DNA of 48,504 bases. It comes from an uncultured Clostridia bacterium. Lineage in GTDB: Bacteria > Bacillota > Clostridia > Oscillospirales > Ruminococcaceae. Positions within the stretch are counted from its first letter, which is position 1. Each line of letters begins with the position of its first letter. Below are positions 17,454 through 28,974 of the stretch, piece by piece. The stretch is from contig CAMNVW010000001.1 of the NCBI GenBank assembly GCA_946563605.1, forward strand, positions 1 to 48,504. The letters are read 5' to 3'. The position numbers were made by a program, and so were the translations under genes. A model generated the notes under the pieces. It searched no databases, was not told where the DNA came from, and saw nothing but the letters and a program-made list of their open reading frames with translations.

Positions 17454-20400
17454 CTAATAATTTCGGCGGTTATCCTCCGCACGCGCCGCAGAAATCATTT
17501 TCATCTCGATCCATCGTTCTTTCGTGATGAGAACCTGCCTTGGCTTGCTGCCTTCAAACGGACCGATGACGCCTTTTTCCTCCATGGTGTCCATCAAACG
17601 GGCTGCGCGGGCGTAACCCAGTTTCAATTTGCGCTGAAGCATGGAGGTGGATGCCTGTCCGGTTTCCACGACAATTTCAATGGCGCTTGGAAGCATCTCG
17701 TCTTCGTCATCGAAGCCGCCGCCGTCGTTGTCTTTACCGCCCTTTTTCTTGTTGTCAGAAACGGCGTGACGGTCAATTTCTTCCAGGATGCGCTCGTCAT
17801 AGGTGAGCGGTTGTGTGGACTGCTTGATAAATTCGATGATACGTTCCACCTCGCCGTCGGTCACAAAACAGCCCTGAACACGGGTTGGCTTGGAAGCGCC
17901 GATAGGAGCAAACAGCATATCGCCGCGTCCCAGCAACTTTTCGGCGCCGCTGGAATCCAAAATCGTGCGCGAGTCAATCTGTGAGGAGACCGCAAAAGCG
18001 ATACGGGAAGGGATGTTTGCCTTGATGACGCCGGTGATAACGTCTACCGACGGACGCTGGGTTGCAATGACAAGGTGCATACCGGCGGCACGCGCCATCT
18101 GTGCAAGACGGCAGATGGAATCCTCAACTTCACCTGGAGCCGCCATCATCAGGTCGGCTAACTCGTCGATGATGATGACAATTTGCGGCATCGGCTTGAG
18201 CCCGTTCTTTTCGGCGGCGCGGTTGAAGCCTGCCATATCGCGCACGCTGTAATCCTTAAACAGCTGGTAGCGGTTGAGCATCTCATTGACCGCCCACGAC
18301 AGTGCGCCTGCCGCTTTTTTGGGGTCGGTGACGACCGGAATGAGCAGATGCGGAATCCCATTGTAGATGCCAAGCTCCACCATCTTTGGGTCAATCAGCA
18401 GAAGCTTTACCTCCTGCGGGGTGGAATGATACAGGAGGCTGACGATCAGAGAGTTGATGCAGACAGATTTACCGGAGCCGGTAGAACCTGCAATCAGGGT
18501 ATGCGGCATCTTTGCAAGGTCGGCAACGGTCACTTTACCGGCGATATCGCGTCCCAAAGCAACTGCCAGAGCACTTTTTGACTGCTGAAATTCAGGGGAG
18601 TCGATGATCTCACGGATGGAAACGGTGCTGACGACCTTGTTCGGGACTTCGATGCCGACAGCCGGTTTGTTTGGAATCGGCGCTTCGATGCGCACGCCGG
18701 AGGCGGCAAGATTGAGGGCGATATCGTCGGCAAGGTTGGTGATCTTGCTGATTTTAACGCCGGCAGAGGGCTGAAGCTCATAACGGGTAACAGCTGGTCC
18801 GCGCGCAATGTCAATGATTCGGGTCTGTACACCGAAGCTTTGCAGGGTGTTCACCAGTTTTTCTGCATTGGAACGCAGTTCTTCCTGCAAGTTTTCTTCG
18901 CTTGGATTTTCTGCTTCGTTTAAAATTTCGATCGGTGGCTTGATGTATTCCGGCTCCGGTGGTTCCGGTTCAGGCTGATCCATCGAATGGGACGCGCCTG
19001 CGAGGGTCATGCCTTCCTTAGCGATATCATCAGGGCAAACCTCGATGATTTCATGGGAAGGATTTTGCAACTGAATCTTTTCTGGATGAAAACCGTCGTC
19101 CACAGCTTCTTCTGAGTGCTTTTCCAAAGCGGCTGCGGCATTTTCTTCTTCTGTTGAGAGGAAATCGGGAATGTCCTGCAGCACGAAAGAATTTTCCGAA
19201 ACAGCGGTATCTTTTGGCGCGGAGAAGATATCGTCTGCCGATATTTCCGTTGCAGTTTCGGAAATGTCGGTTTCTTCCGGTAAATGGAAGTGAATCATCT
19301 CCGGTGAGATCAGTCCGTCGTCCTTATCCTCCGGCGCATCCTCCCAGGAAAGTCCGGTTTCCTGTACATCGCCAAGTTCCTCCTCGAAAATCTTCATCGC
19401 ACGCTTTGCATCGGCAGAATCGACGACCGGACGAATCTGCGGATTGACCGCGTTGGAGCGCAGGGTGTTCAGCACAGTCTGATCCTCCTTTGCAAGGTAG
19501 GGCTTGCCGCCGGTCACACGGCTGATCAAATCATCGAGATACGGGGAGCTTTCGGGCTCATCGTTCACAACAGGTTCTGTCCAAAAGCCTTCCTCGGCTG
19601 CGGCATTTTCCTGCTGTTGCTCCAGCAGTTCACGTTCCTTGCGTGGCATCGCCAGTTGCTGTGCGCGTTCCAATTCCTTTTGCTTTTGCTCCGCGTGTTC
19701 CTGTGAAAGTTTTTCTTTCCAGGACGCGCGGTTTTTCTGGGTCTGTTCCTGCGCCTGGCGCAGGCGTTCCAGTTCCTCTTCCTTTTTGCGTTTTGCATTG
19801 AAGAAGCTGTCCTCATGCAGGCTGTCCGCATCATCCGCATGATTGTCAGCAATATCGTCCGACAGCGGAATGTTGATGTTAAATGGCTTGCGCGGCTGTT
19901 GTTGCTGTTCCAACTGCTGCTGACGCAATTGCTGGCGCGCCTCAGAATGGGCAACGTAAACTTCTTCCATCTTCTTCATCGGTTTTTGTGCGGATTGATA
20001 CAGACCAATCAAAGTGCCGCCGGTGAGCACCATAATCATGACGAAGATGAGCAGCACCATGGTGACCCTTGCGCCGGTGGAGCCGAACCAGTGCATCAGC
20101 GGCAGTCCGAATAAGCCGGACACCGCGCCGCCGCCGTGCCCTTCGATGCCGTTGCGGAACAGCTCGATAAACTTTTCAATCAGGTTGCCGTTTGGGATGC
20201 CGCTGCCAAAGACCTGCGTTGCACCGCTTAATAAGCAGATGAGCAGCATCGACTGCCAGACCTTGTGACCGACTAAACCGATGGGTTTGTCAAGGGTGGT
20301 CATGATAGAGATATAAAACAGCAGCGGCGCAATCAGATACGCGCACCAGCCGAACATCCCCATAAAGAAGTTATGTATCCAGTTCCAGACGTTTTGTCCT

Positions 20401-20567
20401 TGGATGAGGGTCGTCGCCATGATAAAAACCGCGATGGCAAAGACGACGATTGCCCAAAATTGCTGGCGCGAACGCTGTTCACGGTTTTTCCTTTCTTTCG
20501 CGCTTGCCGCGGCAGATTTTGAGCCGGCAGAGCTTTTGCTGCGGGTGGATGTTTTTTTAGTCGCCAT
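17454..20567 (-). CDS. ftsK: DNA translocase FtsK/SpoIIIE
   Basis: N-terminal TM domain, long acidic linker, [25 protein letters not shown] and gamma domain ([15 protein letters not shown]); ATG 20567 after AGGAGG. Confidence 0.95.
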   Translation of the reverse strand: MATKKTSTRSKSSAGSKSAAASAKERKNREQRSRQQFWAIVVFAIAVFIMATTLIQGQNVWNWIHNFFMGMFGWCAYLIAPLLFYISIMTTLDKPIGLVGHKVWQSMLLICLLSGATQVFGSGIPNGNLIEKFIELFRNGIEGHGGGAVSGLFGLPLMHWFGSTGARVTMVLLIFVMIMVLTGGTLIGLYQSAQKPMKKMEEVYVAHSEARQQLRQQQLEQQQQPRKPFNINIPLSDDIADNHADDADSLHEDSFFNAKRKKEEELERLRQAQEQTQKNRASWKEKLSQEHAEQKQKELERAQQLAMPRKERELLEQQQENAAAEEGFWTEPVVNDEPESSPYLDDLISRVTGGKPYLAKEDQTVLNTLRSNAVNPQIRPVVDSADAKRAMKIFEEELGDVQETGLSWEDAPEDKDDGLISPEMIHFHLPEETDISETATEISADDIFSAPKDTAVSENSFVLQDIPDFLSTEEENAAAALEKHSEEAVDDGFHPEKIQLQNPSHEIIEVCPDDIAKEGMTLAGASHSMDQPEPEPPEPEYIKPPIEILNEAENPSEENLQEELRSNAEKLVNTLQSFGVQTRIIDIARGPAVTRYELQPSAGVKISKITNLADDIALNLAASGVRIEAPIPNKPAVGIEVPNKVVSTVSIREIIDSPEFQQSKSALAVALGRDIAGKVTVADLAKMPHTLIAGSTGSGKSVCINSLIVSLLYHSTPQEVKLLLIDPKMVELGIYNGIPHLLIPVVTDPKKAAGALSWAVNEMLNRYQLFKDYSVRDMAGFNRAAEKNGLKPMPQIVIIIDELADLMMAAPGEVEDSICRLAQMARAAGMHLVIATQRPSVDVITGVIKANIPSRIAFAVSSQIDSRTILDSSGAEKLLGRGDMLFAPIGASKPTRVQGCFVTDGEVERIIEFIKQSTQPLTYDERILEEIDRHAVSDNKKKGGKDNDGGGFDDEDEMLPSAIEIVVETGQASTSMLQRKLKLGYARAARLMDTMEEKGVIGPFEGSKPRQVLITKERWIEMKMISAARAEDNRRNY

Positions 20568-20630
20568 AAGGTTCCTCCTGTCTGTCAGAGTTATATGTAA
20601 TGTTTGCGGCATGAAAATGCCGCAGAGAGT

Positions 20631-20858
20631 TTACGATTTTTTCGTGTTGATATGCGTCCCTGGGGTGAGCGCAGGATTCAGATAATCCTGTAAATTGGTG
20701 GAGATGATGCGTTCTATCGTCCATTCTCCGTTTTGAAGATAGCTTTCGACAAAATGCGTATCCGAAAGCGGTTCTGTGCGCCGCGTGACGGCTTGCTGGT
20801 CAGCGAGCATCTGCTGCATCGCTTCGACAGGGACAATCGAATGAAGGATCATCTGCAT
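20631..20858 (-). CDS. ylzJ: YlzJ-like protein
   Basis: MILHSIVP.E...[17 protein letters not shown] pattern; lies between tepA and spoIIIE as in Bacillus. Confidence 0.8.
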   Translation of the reverse strand: MQMILHSIVPVEAMQQMLADQQAVTRRTEPLSDTHFVESYLQNGEWTIERIISTNLQDYLNPALTPGTHINTKKS

Positions 20859-21688
20859 GAAGCCTCCTTATCCTTATTTGCATTGTGATGTTCTTCTTTG
20901 CTGTCTGAATTTTCGGCTTCAATCATCTCATAAAGGCAGGTGATTGCTTCATTTAGACCCCCGAGATGGTCGATCAGCCCTTTTTCCACCGCTTTTTCGC
21001 CGTCGAGCACCGTTCCAACGTCCATCACAAGCTCGCCGGTGTTCATCATCAGCTGGCGGAAGTCCTCGGAGGAAATTTTGGAGTTGTCGGTCACGAACCG
21101 CACGATGCGCTCCTGCATCCGGTCAAAATAGGATAAGGTCTGCGGAACGCCCAGCACAAGCCCGTTCATGCGCACCGGATGCACCGTCATGGTTGCGGAC
21201 GGCGCGATAAAGGATTGCTGCGCACTGCACGCAAGCGGCACGCCGATGGAATGTCCGCCGCCGAGCACGAGGGAGACGGTCGGCTTTTTCATGCCGGAAA
21301 TCAGCTCCGCGATGGCAAGTCCCGCTTCCACATCGCCGCCGACGGTGTTGAGAATGATCATCAGACCTTCGATCTCGGGGTCCTGCTCGATTGCCACCAG
21401 TTGGGGGATGACGTGCTCATATTTGGTGGTTTTATTTTGTGGGGGCAGGATGTAATGTCCTTCGATCTGACCGACGATGGTGAGGCAGTGAATGACGTGC
21501 TTTGCCCGTTTTACAGTGACCGAGCCGGTTTCAATGATTTGCTCGGTCTGTTCGCTGATTTTGTTTTCGGTTTCTTCCTCGGACTGCTCTTCTTCAGCCT
21601 CGTTTTTAACAGCGTCCCTTGGCTGAGAAGGAATCTCGATGATGGTAAGCTTTTGGCGGTTCTTTTTGGATTTGCTTTTCTGACCCAA
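20849..21688 (-). CDS. tepA: ClpP-like protease TepA (spore-associated)
   Basis: [40 protein letters not shown]; TTG start after GGAGGTG. Confidence 0.88.
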   Translation of the reverse strand: MGQKSKSKKNRQKLTIIEIPSQPRDAVKNEAEEEQSEEETENKISEQTEQIIETGSVTVKRAKHVIHCLTIVGQIEGHYILPPQNKTTKYEHVIPQLVAIEQDPEIEGLMIILNTVGGDVEAGLAIAELISGMKKPTVSLVLGGGHSIGVPLACSAQQSFIAPSATMTVHPVRMNGLVLGVPQTLSYFDRMQERIVRFVTDNSKISSEDFRQLMMNTGELVMDVGTVLDGEKAVEKGLIDHLGGLNEAITCLYEMIEAENSDSKEEHHNANKDKEASCR

Positions 21689-21722
21689 GCGTCACACCTC
21701 CGTAAATAGTGGTTTCTGAAGC

Positions 21723-21751
21723 TAGTGTGTGCGCAAAGCCATAGAATATAC
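21723..21751 (-). promoter_or_regulatory. Putative sigma-G (forespore) promoter of tepA
   Basis: Minus strand GTATA-17 nt-CACACTA, close to the sigma-G consensus GNATA-N17/18-CATNNTA. Confidence 0.55.
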
Positions 21752-21993
21752 ACCGACCCAAAAGCCGGAAAACGTACTTTTTTATTATAGCCTGATTTGA
21801 AGAATGAATCAACCAAAGAAAATCGGATGATGTCGTTCTCACAGAAAATATATTGTAAAAATTTTTTGCCTCCAAAAATGAACAGGGTCTTTTCCAACGG
21901 AAAAGCCCTGTTATTGTCTGTTTCAAATCAATTTGGCAGCTTTCGACAGCTGACTTCGGAATTTCTGGGGTAGACTTTTAAAGAAGTTGAAGA

Positions 21994-22539
21994 TTAAAGC
22001 GCTTTCACCATAAAAAATTCCTGCAAACACGAGCCGTCCCGCAGATGGATGGCGTTAGGTCTTGTTCCGGTGCGGACAAATCCGAACTTTTGGTACAGAC
22101 CGATGGCGCGTTCGTTGCCCTCGACGACCTCCAGTTCCAGCTGTTCAATGCCATGCTCTTTGGCGATGCGGAACATTTCCTCAAACATGGCAGTCCCGAT
22201 GCCAAGTCCCCAGTATTTTTGAATCAGTGCAATCGACACATCGGCGCGGTGACGGGTTTTTGGCTTGTTGTGAAAAGAGAGCTGACAGTTGCCGGCAATC
22301 TCACCGTCTATTTCGCAGACGATCATCAGGTTGTATTCCGAGTCCAGCACCCGTTTGAGATACTCTGCCTCCTGCTCCGGCGTTTTGGTAAAGTCGTCGG
22401 GATAGTGCAGCAGGTAAGGCGTCTGGCTGTAACAGGTTTTCATATAGTGAATCATTGGGGCGGAGTCCTCTGTACTGGGACTGCGAAAAACAGCCGAAGC
22501 GCCGTTTTTCAGTTCGATGGCTTTGGTTTGGTAAAGCAT
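21994..22539 (-). CDS. GNAT family N-acetyltransferase
   Basis: YWGLGIGT, ELEVVEGNERAIGLYQKFGF. Confidence 0.85.
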   Translation of the reverse strand: MLYQTKAIELKNGASAVFRSPSTEDSAPMIHYMKTCYSQTPYLLHYPDDFTKTPEQEAEYLKRVLDSEYNLMIVCEIDGEIAGNCQLSFHNKPKTRHRADVSIALIQKYWGLGIGTAMFEEMFRIAKEHGIEQLELEVVEGNERAIGLYQKFGFVRTGTRPNAIHLRDGSCLQEFFMVKAL

Positions 22540-22571
22540 GACACACCTCCGTTTCTATTACATCAAAAAAG

Positions 22572-22599
22572 GGGGATAAGGAGCGTGCTCCTTATCCCC
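22572..22599 (-). terminator. Terminator after fba
   Basis: GGGGATAAGGAGC/GCTCCTTATCCCC stem flanked by A-runs. Confidence 0.8.
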
Positions 22600-22615
22600 A
22601 AAATATGTACAGGAA

Positions 22616-23479
22616 TTATGCTTTGTTGATGGAGCCGAACAGTTCCATTTTTTCTTTTACTTTTTCTTTGATTGCAGCAACGCCCGGTTTCAAAACTTTT
22701 CTTGGGTCGAAGCCTTTTGGCTGACGGTCTTTGTCTGCTTCAAAGTATTTGCGTACTTCAGCGGTGAATACGATCTGGCACTCGGTGTTTACGTTGATTT
22801 TGGAAACGCCCTTTGTGATAGCGTCTCTTACCATCTCGTCAGGAATGCCTGTGCCGCCATGCAGAACCAGTGGCATGGTGCCGGTCTTTTCCTGGATCTG
22901 AGCCAGCACGTCTAGGCGCAGACCTGGCCAGTTTTCAGGATATACACCGTGAATGTTGCCGATACCAGCAGCCAGCATATCAACATCCAGCTCGCAGATG
23001 CTTGCACATTCGTTTGGATCAGCGATTTCGCCGCCGCCCAGAACACCGTCTTCCTCGCCGCCGATTGCGCCTACTTCAGCTTCAACAGAAATGCCTTTGG
23101 AATGAGCCAGGGCAACGATTTCTTTGGTTTTCTCGATGTTTTCTTCGATGCCGTATTTGGAACCATCGAACATAACAGAGGAGAAGCCTTTTTCGATGCA
23201 CTCTTTTGCTGCTTCGTAGCTGCCGTGGTCAAGATGCAACGCAACAGGAACGGTGATGTTCAGCTCTTTGAGCATACCGTTTACCATGCCGACGATGGTG
23301 CTGTAACCGCCCATGTATTTGCCTGCGCCTTCAGATACACCCAGGATAACAGGGGAGTTGTTTTCCTGTGCGGTTTCGAGGATTGCCTTTGTCCACTCGA
23401 GGTTGTTGATGTTAAAGTGACCTACCGCATACTTGCCAGCCTTTGCTTTGTCCAGCATTTCTTTTGCAGAAACTAACAT
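22616..23479 (-). CDS. fba: Class II fructose-1,6-bisphosphate aldolase
   Basis: HLDHG, SSVMFDGS, GIGNIHG, LVLHGGTG, KINVNTE. Confidence 0.95.
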   Translation of the reverse strand: MLVSAKEMLDKAKAGKYAVGHFNINNLEWTKAILETAQENNSPVILGVSEGAGKYMGGYSTIVGMVNGMLKELNITVPVALHLDHGSYEAAKECIEKGFSSVMFDGSKYGIEENIEKTKEIVALAHSKGISVEAEVGAIGGEEDGVLGGGEIADPNECASICELDVDMLAAGIGNIHGVYPENWPGLRLDVLAQIQEKTGTMPLVLHGGTGIPDEMVRDAITKGVSKINVNTECQIVFTAEVRKYFEADKDRQPKGFDPRKVLKPGVAAIKEKVKEKMELFGSINKA

Positions 23480-23797
23480 ATAAAATTCCTCCTTTTATCA
23501 TGAAGCTTCCTGCCAGGAAAATCTTAGCAGGGTTCTTCCCATTTCTTCTATTATAAACAATTGCGAAAGGAAAATCAATGCAAAGGGAGATTTTTACCTC
23601 TTGCTGAAATTTTGCAAAGGTGCGTTTTGAGCGGCGGCTTTACAAAGGAAGGATAAAAATAGCCGTTCGACTGGTTTTTGTTGACTTTTCTATAAAAAGA
23701 GCATAAAATAAAAGTGGAGTATATTCAAATTGTACAGTTTTATAAAATACAAAGGAAAGCTGATAAGCGATCTATATCAACAGAAAGGATGATCCGC

Positions 23798-25510
23798 ATG
23801 AACTATCTGGATACATATAAAATCTGGCAGTCGAAGAAACTGGAGGACCCTGATCTGATTGGAGAAATGGTGGAGATCGAGGGAAATGACAGGGAGATCA
23901 AGGAGCGCTTTATCAAGATGCTGGAATTTGGAACAGCAGGACTGCGCGGCATTTTGGGCGTTGGAACCAACCGTATGAATATTTACACGGTTGCACTGGC
24001 AACACAGGGCATGGCGGATTATGTAAAACAGCAGTATGAGCATCCAAGCGTTGCGATTGCTTACGACAGCCGCATCAAGAGCGACCTGTTTGCAAATGTG
24101 ACCGCAAGGGTATTTGCGGCAAACGGCGTGAAGGCATACCTCTTCCGAGAACTGATGCCGACCCCGACCCTTTCCTTCGCAGTCAGAGAGCTGCATTGCA
24201 GCGCAGGCATCGTCATCACAGCAAGCCACAACCCATCTAAATACAATGGTTATAAGGCTTACGGCGACGACGGCTGCCAGCTGAATCCGCAGGCAGCGGC
24301 AAAGGTTTTGGAGCTTGCAGGAAAGACCGACATCTTTGACGGTGTGAAGAAGATTTCCCTTGAGGAAGGTCTGCGCACCGGCATGATCGAATATATTTCG
24401 GACGAACTGGTCGACAAATTCCTCGACCGCGTCTTTGAACTGCGTGTCAGCAAGGAACCGGTTGTAAAGAGCGACCTCAAGGTGGTCTATACACCGCTCA
24501 ACGGAACCGGAAATAAGCTGGTTCGCCGCATCTTTGCCCGCATGGGCATCGAGAATGTAACGGTCGTTCCCGAACAGGAGCATCCTGACGGAAACTTTCC
24601 AACCTGCACCTATCCGAACCCGGAGGAAAAAGCAACCTTGCAGCTCGGCATTGAGCTGTGCAAAAAGCTGGACGGCGATTTGGTGGTTGCGACCGACCCT
24701 GATGCAGACCGCGTCGGCGTTGCAGTAAAACATAAAGGCGAATACGTCCTCCCGACCGGCAATGAAATCGGCGTGCTGATGCTGGATTACATCGCAAAAC
24801 AGCGCATCGCACAAGGCACCATGCCAAAGAATCCGGTGGCGGTCAAATCCATCGTGTCCACCCCGTTGGCGGATGTGGTCGCAGAAAGCTACGGCATCCA
24901 GATGATCAATGTCCTGACTGGCTTTAAGTATATCGGCGAGCAGATCACACTGCTTCAGCAAAAAGGTGAAGAGGAACGTTTCCTGCTGGGATTTGAGGAA
25001 AGCTACGGTTATGTGACCGGAGGTCATGTCCGCGACAAGGACGCAGTCAACGGTTCAATGATCATCTGCGAGATGGCGGAATACTACAAGAAACAGGGTA
25101 AGACGCTCATCGACGCTCTGGAAGACATCTTTGCAAAATTTGGGGTCTATGCGGCAAAGGTCAAAGGCTATACCTTCGAGGGCACCGATGGCATGGAGAA
25201 GATGGCGAATATCATGAAAAACCTCCGCGAGAATCCGCCGAAGGAATTTGCAGGTTATCAGGTTTTGTCCAGCGCGGATTACCAGGTTTCCAAGAAAATT
25301 GACCTTGCAACCGGCAAAGAAAGCGCAATCGAACTGCCGAGCGCGAATGTTCTGGAATACAATCTGGAAAACAACCTCAAGGTGATCGTTCGTCCGTCCG
25401 GTACAGAGCCAAAGATCAAGGTATATTTGACCATCGTCACAAACGACCACGAGCAGATCGACACAATAGCACACAAGCTGTTTGCAGGTGCAGAAAGCTT
25501 TATGGCATAG
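23798..25510 (+). CDS. pgm: Phosphoglucomutase/phosphomannomutase
   Basis: FGTAGLRG, TASHNP, TDPDADR, FEESYG, RPSGTEPK. Confidence 0.92.
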   Translation: MNYLDTYKIWQSKKLEDPDLIGEMVEIEGNDREIKERFIKMLEFGTAGLRGILGVGTNRMNIYTVALATQGMADYVKQQYEHPSVAIAYDSRIKSDLFANVTARVFAANGVKAYLFRELMPTPTLSFAVRELHCSAGIVITASHNPSKYNGYKAYGDDGCQLNPQAAAKVLELAGKTDIFDGVKKISLEEGLRTGMIEYISDELVDKFLDRVFELRVSKEPVVKSDLKVVYTPLNGTGNKLVRRIFARMGIENVTVVPEQEHPDGNFPTCTYPNPEEKATLQLGIELCKKLDGDLVVATDPDADRVGVAVKHKGEYVLPTGNEIGVLMLDYIAKQRIAQGTMPKNPVAVKSIVSTPLADVVAESYGIQMINVLTGFKYIGEQITLLQQKGEEERFLLGFEESYGYVTGGHVRDKDAVNGSMIICEMAEYYKKQGKTLIDALEDIFAKFGVYAAKVKGYTFEGTDGMEKMANIMKNLRENPPKEFAGYQVLSSADYQVSKKIDLATGKESAIELPSANVLEYNLENNLKVIVRPSGTEPKIKVYLTIVTNDHEQIDTIAHKLFAGAESFMA

Positions 25511-25515
25511 GACAA

Positions 25516-25550
25516 AAAAGGATGAGGCATACAAGCTGCCTCATCCTTTT
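25516..25550 (+). terminator. Rho-independent terminator
   Basis: AAAAGGATGAGGCA/TGCCTCATCCTTTT. Confidence 0.8.
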
Positions 25551-25705
25551 GCTGCTTTAGGGGGAAGATGCTGGGAATAGGGTGGATTTTACCATCCTCG
25601 CTTTGCTTCAGCACAAATTATGTATTGCATTTCAACCACAGCTTGCTATAATAAAAACAAGTACACACGTTTGTGTGCAATGAGGTGTTATATTTTCAGA
25701 AGGGA

Positions 25706-27076
25706 ATGAGTGTTTTGAGAAGATCTTATGAGATGGATATGTGCAGCGGGCCGCTGCTGAGCAAGATCCTGATATTCGCAGTACCGTTGATGCTGTCAGG
25801 TATTTTGCAGCTGCTTTTTAATGCGGCGGACATCATTGTAGTCGGTCGCTTCAGCGGAAGCGAGGCGCTGGCGGCGGTCGGCTCCACCGGAGCACTGATT
25901 AACCTGATTATCAATCTGTTCATCGGTGTTTCGGTTGGTACAAACGTGGTAGCGGCGCGTTATTACGGTGCGCGTGATGCGGATGGCGTCAGCCAGACCG
26001 TACATACCGCAATGCTGTCTGCGATTGTCGGAGGAATCATTTTGATTTTTGCCGGAATCGCGCTTGCAAGACCGATGCTCGAATGGATGGGAACGCCGGC
26101 GGACGTCATCGACCAGTCGGCACTGTACATGAAGATTTATTTCGTGGGGATGCCGGCACTCATGGTCTATAACTTTGGCGCGTCGATCCTGCGTGCTATC
26201 GGTGACACCAAACGACCGCTGTACTTCTTGACAGTGGCAGGTGTTGTGAACGTAGTGTTCAACCTGTTTTTCGTTATCGTGCTGGATATGGGCGTTGCAG
26301 GCGTTGCGCTGGCGACAATTATTTCCCAGGCAATTTCAGCGGTTCTGATTCTGCTGTGTTTGATTAAAACCGAGGGTCCATGCCATCTGGAACTGAAGGA
26401 AATGAAAATCTATCCAGAGTGCTTTAAAGCAATGCTGCGAATCGGTTTGCCGGCAGGATTGCAGGGCTCGATTTTCAGCATCTCCAACGTGCTGATTCAA
26501 TCCTCGGTCAATTCCTTTGGCTCACTTGTTATGGCAGGCAATACCGCGGCAGCGAATATCGAAGGCTTTGTCTATACCGCGATGAACTCGATTTACCAGA
26601 CTTCGTTGAGCTTTACCAGCCAGAATATGGGCGCAAAACAGTTTAAGCGTGTGGATAAGGTGCTGGTAGAGTGTCTGCTGGTCGTTGCGACGGTCGGAAT
26701 CGTGCTGGGCAACGGCGCATATCTTTTGGGTGACAAACTGCTGGGCATCTATTCCTCCGACCCGCAGGTAATCGAGTACGGCTTAATGCGAATGAGCATT
26801 GTCAGCGCAAGCTATTTCCTGTGCGGCATCATGGATGTGCTGGTCGGCAGTATCCGCGGCTTGGGTTATTCCATCATGCCGATGCTGGTTTCGCTGACCG
26901 GAGCGTGTCTGTTCCGCGTCATCTGGATCTTCACCATTTTCCAGGTGGAGAGAACGCTGTTCTGTCTGTATATTTCCTATCCGATTTCCTGGATTTTGAC
27001 CGCAGGCATCCATCTGCTTTGCTACTTTATTGTCCGCAAAAAAGCGTTTAACAAGGCGATGCAGGCACAGGTGTAA
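25706..27076 (+). CDS. MATE family efflux transporter
   Basis: Multiple TM segments; LQLLFNAAD.IVVG, ALAAVG, GDTKRPL, GVAGVALAT; upstream TTGCAT-16-TATAAT (25625-25652). Start uncertain. Confidence 0.9.
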   Translation: MSVLRRSYEMDMCSGPLLSKILIFAVPLMLSGILQLLFNAADIIVVGRFSGSEALAAVGSTGALINLIINLFIGVSVGTNVVAARYYGARDADGVSQTVHTAMLSAIVGGIILIFAGIALARPMLEWMGTPADVIDQSALYMKIYFVGMPALMVYNFGASILRAIGDTKRPLYFLTVAGVVNVVFNLFFVIVLDMGVAGVALATIISQAISAVLILLCLIKTEGPCHLELKEMKIYPECFKAMLRIGLPAGLQGSIFSISNVLIQSSVNSFGSLVMAGNTAAANIEGFVYTAMNSIYQTSLSFTSQNMGAKQFKRVDKVLVECLLVVATVGIVLGNGAYLLGDKLLGIYSSDPQVIEYGLMRMSIVSASYFLCGIMDVLVGSIRGLGYSIMPMLVSLTGACLFRVIWIFTIFQVERTLFCLYISYPISWILTAGIHLLCYFIVRKKAFNKAMQAQV

Positions 27077-27113
27077 CCTGCTGTTTGTCCACAGCTTCGA
27101 TTGATGATTAAAG

Positions 27114-27149
27114 AAAGGGCAGACCTCTGCAAAAAGAGGTCTGCCCTTT
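27114..27149. terminator. Terminator between convergent genes
   Basis: AAAGGGCAGACCTCT/AGAGGTCTGCCCTTT; a second hairpin TGACGGCAGA/TCTGCCGTCA lies at about 27164-27188. Confidence 0.8.
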
Positions 27150-27202
27150 TCGGTTATAAAAAATGACGGCAGAGGGTATCTGCCGTCAGAAAGGGTTGCG
27201 TT

Positions 27203-27805
27203 TTATTGATGGGAATTTTGGAGCATATCACAGACAGCGTCAATGTTCACATTGTTGTCCTGCTCGTATTTTTCCTGTGTCAGCATTTTTTTGAACTGCG
27301 GAACGGTCATGACGATATTTTCGCCGCGCACATTGTTTAAGTACATTGGGACTTTGGATTTTGTGCTGGCAACGACGACAGCGGTATCAATTTTCAGATT
27401 GTAGATCTTGTTTTTGGAAGCAAGACGGCGGAACAGCTCCAGTTTTTTGTCCATCCCGATAACTGGATTGTCGAAGGTGATTTTCTTATCCTCCTCGGCG
27501 AAGATCCAACGGCTTTCCTTAAAATCGCCGTAGAAATCGCCCTGACCCTGCAAAGCGGTGACAAAGATCAGACCAAAAAATCCGACGAGCACAAAATCGA
27601 TGGTTTGTGTTTGTCCCTCAAATTCCAACTGCACGTTTTCAAGCACTTTAAACTTGCGGGTGCGCGCGAATCGTTTCAGGATGGAGCGAACCGTCTGTTT
27701 GCCGTAGACACCCTTGGAAAAACGGATGAGTTTGAGCAGATACAGTCCCAAAATGACGGCGATGATCAGCGCGAGGGAAAAACAAATCATAAAAAAGTAG
27801 TTCAT
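27203..27805 (-). CDS. Membrane-anchored NERD-like (nuclease-related domain) protein
   Basis: N-terminal TM segment, G..G...V, KVLENV, TIDFVLVG..G, F.NP; ATG 27805 after GAAGGAG. Confidence 0.65.
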   Translation of the reverse strand: MNYFFMICFSLALIIAVILGLYLLKLIRFSKGVYGKQTVRSILKRFARTRKFKVLENVQLEFEGQTQTIDFVLVGFFGLIFVTALQGQGDFYGDFKESRWIFAEEDKKITFDNPVIGMDKKLELFRRLASKNKIYNLKIDTAVVVASTKSKVPMYLNNVRGENIVMTVPQFKKMLTQEKYEQDNNVNIDAVCDMLQNSHQ

Positions 27806-28114
27806 ATGGCAGACTCCTTCTTCAAAAAATGATTCCCAAACAGAACTTGCTGGGCAAGATTGCCCAGCCGTTTGGAAAAATAAAGATAAAATCATTGTAT
27901 CATAAGAGTGAATTTTCGTAAATAGGACAGTGCCGCAGTTTTGGGCAAAATCAAATATTTGTGATCTTGTGAACGGCAAATGATATAGACAAAGCCAATC
28001 TGTAAACTTTGGGCAAAAGCACAGAGGAGCCCTTGACAGTTTTTTTGTTATCCATTATCATTTGAAACAGAAAAATGTTTGCAGGCTGCAAACAGAAAGG
28101 TGGAACAGAGAGCG

Positions 28115-28684
28115 ATGCTTCGTTTTTATAAAAAGTGGATCAGTCTTGTGCTGGCGGCAATTTTCTGCGTCGGAACCTTTGCAGGATGCAGCGCGCTGGA
28201 TACCTCATTGCCTCCACAGGAAACACAGCAGAAATCAAAACAAACAAAATCCAAAAAGAAAACGGATCCTCAAAAAGCCATAGAGCAGATCTATGCTTCG
28301 TTGGGTAAACGCTCTGGACTAATAGAGCCGACGCCGGAGGAGATAGAGAGAATCGGTTTTGATATGGAGAATATTTCGCAGGCGTATGTGCGCTATGTTG
28401 AGACCGATTTTGGCGCAGACGATGTGTATATCTTTTTGCCAAAGGACGGCGAGGATGAAGAGGGAACCTCCTATCGGGACAAGGTCTTGGCTGATTTGCG
28501 AGAGCGCAAAGAGGAAAGAATGAAGGAATTTGAAAATTACGATGTGTATAACTCGACCTCCATTGCGGCAAACGCGGTTATTTTTGAGCGCGGCAGCTAT
28601 GTGGTGATGCTGATGCTGGAGGACAACGATTCAGCAAGGCGCATTGTTGAGCGGTACATTCCAGAAAGATTGAATCTTTCATAA
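28115..28684 (+). CDS. Lipoprotein (DUF4358-like)
   Basis: Signal peptide with lipobox FAGC; F.NY....A....G.YV.L pattern. Confidence 0.6.
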   Translation: MLRFYKKWISLVLAAIFCVGTFAGCSALDTSLPPQETQQKSKQTKSKKKTDPQKAIEQIYASLGKRSGLIEPTPEEIERIGFDMENISQAYVRYVETDFGADDVYIFLPKDGEDEEGTSYRDKVLADLRERKEERMKEFENYDVYNSTSIAANAVIFERGSYVVMLMLEDNDSARRIVERYIPERLNLS

Positions 28685-28974
28685 AACTTTTTGGCAGAGA
28701 GTGTTTTTATCTTCGCGCAGCTTCTTTGATGAAGCGAATATTTGCACAACAAAAAACTGACCCACCGAAAGACATGGGATTTTCCCTGCTTTCGGCGGGT
28801 CAGCTTTTGTTTCGGTGGATTTGTTTTTGCTTGGACGAGAGATACACACAACGCAAAGCATGTTGTGACACAAAAGCAAAAGTGCGACTTGCACTTAACC
28901 GACAACGCGAATTGTGTCCAGATTCAAGCTGGCGCGAAACAGGGTGCAGGCTCAGCTTGCCAGATTCAAGCTGG

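Noticed and set aside
23777-25027. Long antisense ORFs (also 9114-9998, 28726-29742, 41182-42189, 46011-47084)
   Set aside because: Shadow frames of well-supported genes on the opposite strand.
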